NCBI RefSeq assembly: GCF_048269205.1
Contig: NZ_JBLXJC010000004.1
Location: 62,638-126,637 of the forward strand
Reading direction: 5' to 3'
From: Emcibacter sp.
GTDB lineage: Bacteria > Pseudomonadota > Alphaproteobacteria > Sphingomonadales > Emcibacteraceae
DNA: 64,000 bases
The notes beneath the pieces were generated by a model. The model made no database searches. It had not been told where the DNA came from and saw only the letters and a list, made by a program, of their open reading frames with translations. This document shows, piece after piece, positions 8,931 to 18,670 of the stretch. A program made the position numbers and the translations under genes. The stretch's first letter is position 1, and every line of letters starts with the position of its first letter.

Positions 8931-10646
8931 ATGGCAGAACTGCGCCGCCCATCCGTGCGTCCCTTTTCCGCAAAAATGCCGGCCCGTTTTAAATCAGCTG
9001 TTCGCCAGGCGGGATATAAGTCCCGTTACTATGACATGCGACTCAAGGGCAAGCATCCTCTGCGGCTTTTGGGAACGCCCAGAGATCCCTGGCAGGGGAC
9101 GGTTGCCGGTGGCGCCCATATCCTGGCCCGGCGGTTTCATTGCAATGGACAGGTTCTGCGTAACCCGGCCCGGGACAACGGGGAATGGACAGCCAGTGAA
9201 ATCTGGGCTGCGGACAACCTGTCCGACCAGTGGCGGGATCATCTGCAAAGCTTTGCCTGGCTTCGGGATTTGAACCGGGCCGTGGACCGCCTTGGCGCCC
9301 GCAAGCGTGCCGAGGAACTGGTCATTGCCTGGCTTGACCGCTATGAGAGCTGGGATGAATATGCCTGGCGGGCCGATCTCGCCGGCCGGCGGATCATCAA
9401 CTGGCTGGCCTATGCGCCGCTGGTTATGGATACGGATGACCTTGTTTACAGAAGCCGGGTTCTCAACGGCATGGCCCGGCAGGCCCGGCATCTGATGCAT
9501 GAAAGTTCCGATTTTCCGCCCGGCCCCGATCGGCTGCTGGCCATCTCCGGCCTGATCCAGGCCGGTCTTTATATCCCCCATGGAGAAGATTGGCTGAAGC
9601 GGGGCATATCCCTGCTGAAGCGGGAACTGCCGGAAGAGATTTTTCCCGATGGCGGTGTATCAAGCCGCGATCCGGACGATGTGCTGAGGCTGCTCAAGGA
9701 TCTCATCATGTTGAAGTCCGCCTGTCGCAGCATGGGCCACAAGATTCCGGAAGAGCTGGTGGCGGCCATAGACCGGCTGGCCGGCCTGTTGCGCATGCTG
9801 TGCCATGGAGACGGCAGGCTTGCCCTGTTCAACGGCGCAAATGAGGGATCGGAAGAGGATATACGTCAGACCCTCGAGGCGGCGGGTCCGGTGGAGCCCC
9901 TGCAGGAAGACGCTGTACAGGCCGGTTTCAGGCGGCTGCAGAAGGCCGGTACGACGCTGATTATAGACAGCGGTCCGCCGGCCCTGCCGGATATCAGCCG
10001 CAACTGTCATACGGGTACCCTGTCCTTTGAAATGAGCCGCCTGGGCCAGCGGATTATCGTCAATTGCGGCAGCGGCGCTTTCTCTCCCCGGGAAGAGGAT
10101 ACCGATCTGTTCGCCATTTCCCGCATTACCGCGGCGCACAGCACACTTGTGCTGAACAATCGCAACAGCAGCGAGCTCCTGGAAAACGGTTTGATCGGGG
10201 CGGGCCCCACAGTTGTCAGTAGCCGCAGGCTCGAGGAGCGCGGCGATGCAATGCTGGACTGTTGCCATAATGGATATGAAAACAGGTTTGGCCGCAGGCA
10301 CAGGCGGCTTCTCTATCTGAATAGTGCGGGGGATGACCTACGCGGTGAGGATATTCTGGAGGTGACGTCCTCCCGGGTCGAGGGGCTGCCCTTTGACATC
10401 CGTTTTCATCTTCATCCCGACGTGGCGGCCAGTGTTCTCGAGAACCGCAACAAGATCAAGCTTCGCCTGCCTGATGACGAAGTCTGGATGTTCATGTCTT
10501 CCGGGGCGGAAATGTCCCTTGAGGACAGCCTCTATCTGGGGGCGCCGGGACGAATGCAGGGCAGTCGGCAGATTGTCCTCTCTTCCGTGGCGGGAAGCGG
10601 CAATACCACGGTGAAATGGGGAATTCGGCGTATCATGGATGCCTGA
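8931..10646 (+). CDS. Heparinase II/III-like family protein (conserved alphaproteobacterial gene between rpe and purH)
   Basis: 571 aa. The C-terminal CHTGTLSFEMSRLGQRIIVNCGS resembles the Hepar_II_III HxxxLSFEL core. The synteny rsmB-rpe-X-purH is conserved. Confidence 0.65.
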   Translation: MAELRRPSVRPFSAKMPARFKSAVRQAGYKSRYYDMRLKGKHPLRLLGTPRDPWQGTVAGGAHILARRFHCNGQVLRNPARDNGEWTASEIWAADNLSDQWRDHLQSFAWLRDLNRAVDRLGARKRAEELVIAWLDRYESWDEYAWRADLAGRRIINWLAYAPLVMDTDDLVYRSRVLNGMARQARHLMHESSDFPPGPDRLLAISGLIQAGLYIPHGEDWLKRGISLLKRELPEEIFPDGGVSSRDPDDVLRLLKDLIMLKSACRSMGHKIPEELVAAIDRLAGLLRMLCHGDGRLALFNGANEGSEEDIRQTLEAAGPVEPLQEDAVQAGFRRLQKAGTTLIIDSGPPALPDISRNCHTGTLSFEMSRLGQRIIVNCGSGAFSPREEDTDLFAISRITAAHSTLVLNNRNSSELLENGLIGAGPTVVSSRRLEERGDAMLDCCHNGYENRFGRRHRRLLYLNSAGDDLRGEDILEVTSSRVEGLPFDIRFHLHPDVAASVLENRNKIKLRLPDDEVWMFMSSGAEMSLEDSLYLGAPGRMQGSRQIVLSSVAGSGNTTVKWGIRRIMDA

Positions 10647-10745
10647 ATCGGCAGATGATCGGGGATTTCGGGCAATTAGGTCTTGCGTCATGTCCGGTGA
10701 TCCAGTACATGCCCTGACAGAGCAAGAAAAGTGAAGGAAAGATTT

Positions 10746-12347
10746 ATGAGCGACAAGCTTCTGCAGCCTGTTAAGCGGGCACTTCTGTCCGTCTCCGATA
10801 AAAGCGGCCTGGTGGAATTCGGAAAATTTCTCGAAAGTCATGGTGTGGAAATCCTGTCCACCGGCGGTTCCGCCAAAATGCTGGCCGATGCCGGTGTGAA
10901 GGTGACGGAAGTGGCAAGCTATACCGGGTTTCCGGAAATGATGGACGGCCGGGTCAAGACCCTGCATCCAAAAATTCACGGCGGACTGCTGGCGCTCCGG
11001 GATGATGAAGGCCACGTGGCTTCCATGAAGGAGCATGATATCGGCGCCATCGACCTGCTTGTCGTCAATCTTTATCCCTTCGAGGAAACCGTGGAAAAGG
11101 GTGCCGACTTTGCCACCTGTATCGAAAATATCGATATCGGCGGGCCGGCCATGATCCGTTCCTCCGCCAAGAACCATAAATTCGTTACCGTTGTGGTGGA
11201 AGCCGAAGACTATGAGGCGGTGCAGGCCTCCATGACGGAAAACAAGGGCGCCACAACCGGTGAGCTGCGGAAAAAACTGGCGGCCAAGGCCTTTGCCCGC
11301 ACCGGCGCCTATGATGCAGCTATCTCCAGCTGGTTCGCCGGCGAACTGGGCGAAACCTATCCGGAACGCCTCAATCTGACCGCGACCCTGAAACAAACCC
11401 TGCGCTATGGTGAAAACCCGCATCAGGATGCGGCCTTTTATGTCACCCGTTCTGCGAAACCGCGTCCGGGCATTGCCACGGCCGTACAGGTCCAGGGCAA
11501 GGAACTGAGCTATAACAATCTCAATGATACTGACGCCGCCTTTGAGCTGGTCAGTGAATTCGGTGCCCAGGAAGGCCCGGCAGTGGCCATTATCAAACAT
11601 GCCAATCCCTGTGGTGTGGCCCGGGGTGACAGCCTGATCGATGCCTATAACAAAGCCCTGCGCTGCGATCCGGTCAGCGCCTTTGGCGGCATTATCGCTT
11701 TCAACCAGCGGCTTGATGCGGAAACCGCCGAGGAAATTTCCCAGATTTTCACCGAAGTGGTAATCGCGCCGGAAGCCGACGAGGATGCAGTCGCGCTGTT
11801 GAAAGCCAAGAAAAACCTGCGCCTGCTGCTGACCGGCGGCATGGCTGATCCGCGTGAAGCCGGCCAGATCATCAAATCTGTGGCCGGCGGCTATCTGCTG
11901 CAGGGCCGCGACAACGGCAAGATTGCCATGGATGACCTGAAAGTGGTCACCAAGCGGGAGCCCAGCGAGCAGGAACTGAAAGATCTGCTGTTTGCCTTTA
12001 CCGTATGCAAGCATGTGAAATCCAATGCCATCATCTATGTGAAGGATGAAGCCACCGTGGGCATCGGCGCCGGCCAGATGAGCCGCGTGGACAGTGCCCG
12101 CACCGCTGCCCGCAAGGCGAAGGACGCCTCAGACGCTGCAGATCTCGATATTGTGATGACCGAGGGTTCTGTGGTGGCTTCCGATGCCTTCTTCCCCTTT
12201 GCTGACGGCCTGATCAGTGCCGCCGAGGCCGGCGTAACCGCTGTGATCCAGCCGGGCGGGTCCATCAGGGACGAGGAAGTCATTGCCGCCGCCGACGAGC
12301 GCGGCCTGGCCATGGTCCTGACCGGCATGCGCCATTTCCGCCACTAG
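10746..12347 (+). CDS. purH: Bifunctional AICAR transformylase / IMP cyclohydrolase
   Basis: [17 protein letters not shown] at the N-terminus and C-terminal ...[10 protein letters not shown]. The start is taken at ATG 10746. Confidence 0.95.
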   Translation: MSDKLLQPVKRALLSVSDKSGLVEFGKFLESHGVEILSTGGSAKMLADAGVKVTEVASYTGFPEMMDGRVKTLHPKIHGGLLALRDDEGHVASMKEHDIGAIDLLVVNLYPFEETVEKGADFATCIENIDIGGPAMIRSSAKNHKFVTVVVEAEDYEAVQASMTENKGATTGELRKKLAAKAFARTGAYDAAISSWFAGELGETYPERLNLTATLKQTLRYGENPHQDAAFYVTRSAKPRPGIATAVQVQGKELSYNNLNDTDAAFELVSEFGAQEGPAVAIIKHANPCGVARGDSLIDAYNKALRCDPVSAFGGIIAFNQRLDAETAEEISQIFTEVVIAPEADEDAVALLKAKKNLRLLLTGGMADPREAGQIIKSVAGGYLLQGRDNGKIAMDDLKVVTKREPSEQELKDLLFAFTVCKHVKSNAIIYVKDEATVGIGAGQMSRVDSARTAARKAKDASDAADLDIVMTEGSVVASDAFFPFADGLISAAEAGVTAVIQPGGSIRDEEVIAAADERGLAMVLTGMRHFRH

Positions 12348-12365
12348 GCGGTTCCCGGAAATGAC

Positions 12366-12399
12366 AAAAAAGGCCGCCATTTGGGCGGCCTTTTCTTTT
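12366..12399. terminator. Bidirectional rho-independent terminator between purH and gdh
   Basis: AAAAAA-GGCCGCC-ATTTG-GGCGGCC-TTTTCTTTT. The GC stem is flanked by an A-run and a T-run, so it can work on both strands. Confidence 0.85.
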
Positions 12400-12415
12400 G
12401 TCAGCCAAAGGATGT

Positions 12416-15400
12416 CTAGATCAGCACATTCCTGATCTGGCGGGCGGCAAAGCCCAGCTTGGTCACATTGATATGGCCGGACATCTGGAATTCCCGGATC
12501 AGTTTCTGGATGCGGGCCGTGGCGGCTTCGGATTCCGCCAGCCATTCCTTGGCAGCGGCCAGAGACGACCGGTTCTTGCTTTCATGCAAGGTGCGTTTGG
12601 TCAGAAGCTTCTGCTGGTCCAGCAGGTCGCTGACGACGCTTTTCACAGCCAGACGGTCCCAGTGATCGGCAGTCTCGGCCATTTCCGCCTGGTCACGCAG
12701 CCAGTCAAAGCCCATTTCATCGCCCAGCATGAAATAGGCCTTGGCCACATCCACCACATCGCGTTTCTGTTCTTCGGCGACCTGGACGATGTCACAGGCG
12801 GCCACTTTCATTTCCAGATTGCTGATGTGAGTGGCCAGGTCCTCGCTCACGCTCTGTTCGCAATACATGGCGATCTTGGCCTTGAGGCTTTCCTCGTGGG
12901 TGGTCTGTACGACAATGGGCATATCAAAAAGTTTTTTGATGCCCGGACGATACTGTTTTATAATGCCGCTTATAGATTGTTTCGGGTCCGTATTGTTCAG
13001 GAACCAGATGGTTTGCCTGCGCGCGAACTCCTCCACATCCATCAGCAACAGGATCTGGATGGTGGCGGGCACAATATAGTCCAGTTCCTCGATTTTTTTC
13101 CACAGGCTGTCAAGATCGAAGACCTCCCGGCCGATGATGGCGGCCCGGGCGATTTCCGCCGGCGAGGCGCCGGTTTCTTCCATGATGTCATGGATGCCGC
13201 CCCGGTTAACAATATCGTTGCAGAGCTCCTTGGCGATGATTTCCCGGCGCAGCCGGTGATTGCCAATGGCCTCGGCGTAGGTTTTACCCAGTCGAGCCGG
13301 GAAAGATCCCGACAGATATTTTTCCAGATAGGGGTCATTCAGGAAGTCACTGGCGAGCAACTGGTCATACAACCACATCTTGGCATAAGCGATCAGAACG
13401 GAAATTTCCGGCCGGGTCAGGCCCTGCTCCTTTTCCTCCCGTTCGATCAGTTCGTCATCACTGGGCAGGAATTCCAGCTCCCGGTCAAGATGAGCTTCTT
13501 TTTCAAGGTCATCCATATAACGAACGAAGCTGTCCAGTTCGCGAATGCTGGCGGCCCGGGCGACACTGATGGCCTGGGTCTGCAAATAGTTGTCTCGCAG
13601 TACTATTTCAGCCACATCATCGGTCATATCCTCCAGCAGCTTGTCCCGCTGCTTGCGGGTCAGGTGACCATCGGACACCAGACTGTTGAGCAGGATCTTG
13701 ATGTTGACCTCATTGTCCGAACAATCGACACCGGCTGAGTTATCCACCGCATCTGTATTGAGCATGCCGCCCTTGAGGGCGAATTCGATACGGCCCAGCT
13801 GGGTGCAGCCCAGATTGCCGCCCTCGCCGATGACCTTGCAGTTCAGATCGTGGCCGTTCACGCGGATGGCGTCATTGCCGCGATCGCCCACCTGGCCGTT
13901 GCTTTCATGGCTGGATTTCACATAGGTGCCGATGCCGCCGAACCACATCAGGTCCACATGGGACTTGAGAATGAAACGGATCAATTCGTTGGGTGTAATG
14001 TTTTTCTGATCCGCCGGAATATCCAGAAGTTTGGCGATTTCCTTGCTGATGGAAATGGACTTGGCCCGGCGGCTGAAGATGCCCCCGCCTTTGGAAATCA
14101 GTTTTTCGTTATAGTCCTGCCAGCTCGAGCGCGGAAGAGCGAACAGGCGCGCCCGTTCGGCAAAGCTTTTGGCCGGGTCCGGATCGGGGTCGATGAAAAT
14201 ATCACGGTGATCAAAAGCGGCGATCAACTTGATGGCTTCGGAACAGAGCATGCCGTTGCCGAACACATCTCCGGACATGTCGCCGATGCCGGCTACGGTA
14301 ATGGAATCTGTCTGTACGTTGATTCCCTTTTCCCGGAAATGCCGTTGTACGGATACCCAGGCGCCGCGGGCGGTAATGCCCATTTTCTTGTGGTCATAGC
14401 CCTGGGAGCCGCCGGAAGCGAAGGCATCGTCAAGCCAGAAGCCATAGTCCTGTGCCAGGCTGTTGGCGATGTCGGAGAAAGTGGCTGTACCCTTGTCGGC
14501 GGCCACCACCAGATAAGGATCGTCGCCATCGCGGCGGAGCACACTCTGCGGCGGGATGACGTCCATATCCTGCAGATTGTCCGTAATGTCTAGCAGGCCG
14601 GAAATAAAGGTTTTGTAGCAGGCGATGCCTTCTTCCAGGATCTCTTCCCGGCTGCCGTTTTCCGGCAGCATCTTGGGCACAAAGCCGCCCTTGGCGCCCA
14701 CCGGCACAATGACGGTGTTTTTCACCTGCTGGGCCTTGACCAGGCCGAGCACTTCGGTGCGGTAATCCTCCCGCCGGTCCGACCAGCGCAGGCCGCCGCG
14801 GGCCACCGGCCCGAACCGCAGGTGAACACCCTCTACCCGCGGGGAATAGACGAATATTTCCGCATAGGGTTTGGGTTTCGGGGCCTCCCTGATTTCCCGG
14901 CTGTTGATCTTGACGGACACATAGGATTTGTTGTGGCCGTCTTTATCCAGCTGATAGAAATTGGTGCGCAGGGTGGAGCTGATGACATTGAGGTAACTGC
15001 GCAGCATGCGGTCCTGGTCGAGGATGTCCACCTGTTCCAGAAGTTCCCGGATCTGGGCCGTCAGCCGGTCCCGTTCAGCGTCCCGGTCTATCCCTTCATC
15101 CAGATCGGTGCGGAAACTGACCTCGAACATCTCCGCCAGGCAGGTGGCGATTTCCGCATGCTGGGTCAGCGTGTCCTGCATATAGCGTTGGCTGTAGGAC
15201 AGGGCGAGCTGCCGCATATACTTGCTGTAGGTGCGCAGGACAAGAACCTGCCGCCAGTTGAGCCCGGCCCTGAGCACCAGCTTGTTGAAGCCGTCATTGT
15301 CGATACGACCAAGCCAGACCATGCGCAGGGTATCTTCCATGCGGTCCTTGATTTCCGAAAGATCGGTCCAGTGGCGGTGAACATCCTCAAGGAAGAAGTC

Positions 15401-17221
15401 ATGGATTACATGCAGGACCTCTGTGTCATTTTCCCGCACGTTCAGGTCAAAGGCCATTTCCTCAATCACCCGAAGACCCATATTTTCCAGCATGGGCAGG
15501 CAGTCGGAGAGGGCGATGGTCTGGTGACTGGTATAGATTTTAAGCCGGATGATATGATCCGGATCCTCGGCGATCCGGAACAGGTTGAACTGGATATTAT
15601 CGCAGGCCGGCAAAAGCTCGAGCTTTTCCACATCTGTGACCGCAAAACGGGGATCAAAAGACTCCCGGTAGGCAGAGTTGAAGGACCTGCTGTATTTGTT
15701 GAACAACTGGTTGCCTTTTTCCTCGCCCCAACGTTCGGTCAGCACTTCCTGTAAATAGTCGTTCCAGCGCTGGGCCACTTCCTCGATCCGCCGGTTGATA
15801 TCTTCCGGGTTCGGATTGGGGACATTGCCCGGCTTGGTGCGGATAATGAAATGCCAGCGGGCGGAACGGTCATTGCTGAGCTGGGCATAGCGGGAGGACA
15901 ACTCCCCGTTATAGGCGTCGCACAGAATGGCTTCGATTTTGCCGCGCAGGGTTGAATCATAGATTTCCCGGGGTACGAAAACCAGTGCCGAGACATAGCG
16001 TTCAAACTTGTCCTTGCGGATGAAAGCGCGCGCCTTGGGCCGGACATGCAGATGCAGAATACCCATGGCGGTTTCGAAAAGCTGGTCCTCTTCAATCTGG
16101 AACAGCTCGTCCCTGGGCAGGGTTTCGAGAATATGCAGCATGCTGCGGGCATTGTGGCTGCCGGGCTGGAAGCCGGAGCGGGCGATGACTTTTTCCACCT
16201 TGCGCCCGAGATAGGGAACGGAGCGCGCCCGTTCAATATAGGAATCGGATGTGAACAGGCCGACAAAGCGGGCCTCGCGGATTAGCTTGCCGCGGCTGTC
16301 GTATTTTTTGAAGCCGATATAATCCAGATGGACGACCCGATGGACCAGGGATTTCACATTGGCCTTGGTCACCAGCATGACCTGCGGCTCGCTCATGAAG
16401 TGCTCGATTTCCGGGCTTACCGGCACCAGCCCTTCCGGGCCCCGCAATACATAGACATCGGGATCTCTCAGAATGCCGAAGCCGGCTTCTTTCGATGTGG
16501 CGGCCCTGGTTTTGCCATGGTCATATTCCCGATAGCCAAGGAAGGTGAAGTTGTCGTTGATCAGCCAGCGCATGAAGTTCTGTGCTTCTTCCACCTCGTC
16601 GCGCGGCACGCTTTTGGGGGCATGGTCGAGGTTGTCGATCATTTCTTCCATTTTGCCGACAATGGGTTTCCAGTCGGCAACGGCGCTGGTGACAAAGTTC
16701 ATGACCTGCAGGAGCTTTTCTTCCAAAGCTTTCAACTGGTTCGGATCGGTCATCGCCGTCACTTCGATATGCATCACGGATTCCGTGATCTGATGGCCGC
16801 CTTTGTTGCTGCGCCGGTGTTTGTTATCCCGCCGGTTTTTCAGGATCGGATGCAACAACATATGCAGGTCGCAGCCTTCCTCCAGAAGATTGAAGGTGAT
16901 GGAGTCCAGCAGGAACGGCATATCATCATTAATGATCTGCACGACGGTGTGGGAAGATTGCCAGCCATGTTCTTCCAGGGTGGTATTGAAGACCCTGAGT
17001 TTTGTCTCGCCGGGCTCCCTGTCCTCGCTGAATTTCCACAGGGACAGGGCGATGCCGTAGAGTTCGTCAACGGGGCGATCGATCAGGTCGTCGGGGGAAG
17101 CGTTTTCATAAAGGTGCCGGACAAAGTCAGGAAATCCTGTCTGGTCGGCGTTTTTCATTCGCTCCGTGGCGAAACTGACGACGGAGTCGATGCGGTTGTC
17201 TTTTTGTGCCCAGCTGTTCAC
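12416..17221 (-). CDS. gdhB: NAD-specific glutamate dehydrogenase, large (about 180 kDa) bacterial GDH family
   Basis: 1601-aa single ORF. The central catalytic core includes VPVGAKGGFV, YLVVAADKGTATFSD and GGSQGYDHKKMGITARGAW. Confidence 0.9.
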   Translation of the reverse strand: MNSWAQKDNRIDSVVSFATERMKNADQTGFPDFVRHLYENASPDDLIDRPVDELYGIALSLWKFSEDREPGETKLRVFNTTLEEHGWQSSHTVVQIINDDMPFLLDSITFNLLEEGCDLHMLLHPILKNRRDNKHRRSNKGGHQITESVMHIEVTAMTDPNQLKALEEKLLQVMNFVTSAVADWKPIVGKMEEMIDNLDHAPKSVPRDEVEEAQNFMRWLINDNFTFLGYREYDHGKTRAATSKEAGFGILRDPDVYVLRGPEGLVPVSPEIEHFMSEPQVMLVTKANVKSLVHRVVHLDYIGFKKYDSRGKLIREARFVGLFTSDSYIERARSVPYLGRKVEKVIARSGFQPGSHNARSMLHILETLPRDELFQIEEDQLFETAMGILHLHVRPKARAFIRKDKFERYVSALVFVPREIYDSTLRGKIEAILCDAYNGELSSRYAQLSNDRSARWHFIIRTKPGNVPNPNPEDINRRIEEVAQRWNDYLQEVLTERWGEEKGNQLFNKYSRSFNSAYRESFDPRFAVTDVEKLELLPACDNIQFNLFRIAEDPDHIIRLKIYTSHQTIALSDCLPMLENMGLRVIEEMAFDLNVRENDTEVLHVIHDFFLEDVHRHWTDLSEIKDRMEDTLRMVWLGRIDNDGFNKLVLRAGLNWRQVLVLRTYSKYMRQLALSYSQRYMQDTLTQHAEIATCLAEMFEVSFRTDLDEGIDRDAERDRLTAQIRELLEQVDILDQDRMLRSYLNVISSTLRTNFYQLDKDGHNKSYVSVKINSREIREAPKPKPYAEIFVYSPRVEGVHLRFGPVARGGLRWSDRREDYRTEVLGLVKAQQVKNTVIVPVGAKGGFVPKMLPENGSREEILEEGIACYKTFISGLLDITDNLQDMDVIPPQSVLRRDGDDPYLVVAADKGTATFSDIANSLAQDYGFWLDDAFASGGSQGYDHKKMGITARGAWVSVQRHFREKGINVQTDSITVAGIGDMSGDVFGNGMLCSEAIKLIAAFDHRDIFIDPDPDPAKSFAERARLFALPRSSWQDYNEKLISKGGGIFSRRAKSISISKEIAKLLDIPADQKNITPNELIRFILKSHVDLMWFGGIGTYVKSSHESNGQVGDRGNDAIRVNGHDLNCKVIGEGGNLGCTQLGRIEFALKGGMLNTDAVDNSAGVDCSDNEVNIKILLNSLVSDGHLTRKQRDKLLEDMTDDVAEIVLRDNYLQTQAISVARAASIRELDSFVRYMDDLEKEAHLDRELEFLPSDDELIEREEKEQGLTRPEISVLIAYAKMWLYDQLLASDFLNDPYLEKYLSGSFPARLGKTYAEAIGNHRLRREIIAKELCNDIVNRGGIHDIMEETGASPAEIARAAIIGREVFDLDSLWKKIEELDYIVPATIQILLLMDVEEFARRQTIWFLNNTDPKQSISGIIKQYRPGIKKLFDMPIVVQTTHEESLKAKIAMYCEQSVSEDLATHISNLEMKVAACDIVQVAEEQKRDVVDVAKAYFMLGDEMGFDWLRDQAEMAETADHWDRLAVKSVVSDLLDQQKLLTKRTLHESKNRSSLAAAKEWLAESEAATARIQKLIREFQMSGHINVTKLGFAARQIRNVLI

Positions 17222-17321
17222 AATAATTCCTCTTGATCTTACCGGGACTCTCCGCAGTATCCGCGACCAGGATTGGTCCCGTTATTCCGTGAAGCCGGTC
17301 GTTAAATCTGTGAAAAGAAAA

Positions 17322-18488
17322 TCAGTGCTGGTCTTTCGCCACCCGTTTCAGAAGAGAAGCCAGGGATTTCTCTTCCTCATCAAGCAGTTTAATGATCTCC
17401 ACAGACGTTCCTTTTCGCTTACCCAATATCAAACAAAGTTCTTCTTTTTCCGGATCTGCCTGATCTTCTTGCGGAATTTTTTCCGTCAGTTCAAAGCCGG
17501 CTATTGTCGGCATGTTTTTAACTATTTTTTCGGCCTCTTCAAGTGAATTTTTTGCGGTTCCCGCCGCGTCATCTCCACTGCTCTCGCGGCGCGCCCGCAC
17601 ACACCCCTTGATGCCGCCTTTGAAGCTTTCCAGGAAAGGCTGCAGGGTCTTGCCGGTCTGTCCGTTTTTCAGGGCATAATCCAGGGCGGCGGCATATTCG
17701 GTCAGGCGCGTCTTGTCATAGTCCGCCCCGAAACAAAGTTTCAGGACCGGCGTGATCGGGGCCCGTTTCTGAACCTTCAGGCCCTCCTGCTGCAGAAGGC
17801 GCTGATAGTCGTCGGGTGCTTTGACGGTATCGATGTACAAATCGAGGATTGCGGCCAGGGCGCGGTAAAGGGATTTGCGGGACCGGCTGTCGCTGGCGCT
17901 TTCCCCCTGAACCAGCCGGCGGCATTCCAGCATCTGCTGTTCCAGCGGGACGGCCGGGGCCGTATCTGTCTCCTGCCCGCTGTCCGGGGCAACTGCCTGT
18001 TCGGGCGGGGAAGCCGGGCGCTGTGCCATGTCTTTTTCCAGAATCCAGCGGACGGCGCCAAGGATGAAGTTGATTTCCTCGTTGTCATCGCTGAACGGCA
18101 GCAGGATGCCCCGATAGAGGGCGCGTTCCTTGTCCTTGTTGACAAATTCCGCTTCAAAGGAGATGGGGGAACGATTGGCCAGAACTTCCAGATAATGATC
18201 GGTGATACGGCTGATCATGGTCCGGCGCGGGATATCATCCAGGGATTTGCCGGTGAGGTCCTCCTCAAGATCCTCTGTCAGGGCATGACCGATGACCTGC
18301 AGGCTGGGGGCGCTGTCACTGTCCCGCAGATCAATCAGAACCATATGATCCTTGTGGGGGGCGATATCTTCCGGGTCCAGCTCCCTCAGGGACGGCATGG
18401 CCTGCATGTCGCCGGCCAGCGCCTCCCACCGCTCAAAAAGCTGGAAGGTGGTGCGTCTTTCCGGTCCTGTGAAGTCGTTCGGGTCCAT
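17322..18488 (-). CDS. Hypothetical protein; the N-terminal ~150 aa are possibly PAS-like and the C-terminal half is unassigned
   Basis: 388-aa ORF with good coding appearance. The N-terminal region (LRELDPEDIAPHKDHMVLIDL...ALYRGILLPFSDD) resembles alphaproteobacterial PAS-fold proteins. No catalytic motif was recognised. Confidence 0.55.
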   Translation of the reverse strand: MDPNDFTGPERRTTFQLFERWEALAGDMQAMPSLRELDPEDIAPHKDHMVLIDLRDSDSAPSLQVIGHALTEDLEEDLTGKSLDDIPRRTMISRITDHYLEVLANRSPISFEAEFVNKDKERALYRGILLPFSDDNEEINFILGAVRWILEKDMAQRPASPPEQAVAPDSGQETDTAPAVPLEQQMLECRRLVQGESASDSRSRKSLYRALAAILDLYIDTVKAPDDYQRLLQQEGLKVQKRAPITPVLKLCFGADYDKTRLTEYAAALDYALKNGQTGKTLQPFLESFKGGIKGCVRARRESSGDDAAGTAKNSLEEAEKIVKNMPTIAGFELTEKIPQEDQADPEKEELCLILGKRKGTSVEIIKLLDEEEKSLASLLKRVAKDQH

Positions 18489-18670
18489 GGGGTCGTCAAC
18501 CGGTTCTTCTTTCGGCAGTCCTGCCCTTATCGACAGAGCCTGTATTGCCTATACTATATGTATGAGCCAACTTTTCAAGATTTCAGTTTATGCCGGCAGC
18601 ATAGCGGTCAGAGGTAAACATCCAGTGAATCGGACAACTTTCTGGCAAGAGGTTAGCGCTGTGCGGCTGC

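Noticed and set aside
10338-12014. 558-aa ORF antisense to purH. Similar long antisense ORFs include 1698-3155, 12398-13738, 13850-14593, 14822-15754, 16328-17236, 18923-19849, 20531-21433, 21774-22943, 28288-29043, 37346-38836, 39001-39900, 46288-47370 and 60240-61976.
   Set aside because: Each lies entirely opposite a gene with unmistakable family motifs. Their translations are low-complexity, rich in Gly/Arg/Pro/His/Gln, and carry no recognisable domains. This is typical of stop-codon-poor antisense frames in GC-rich coding DNA.
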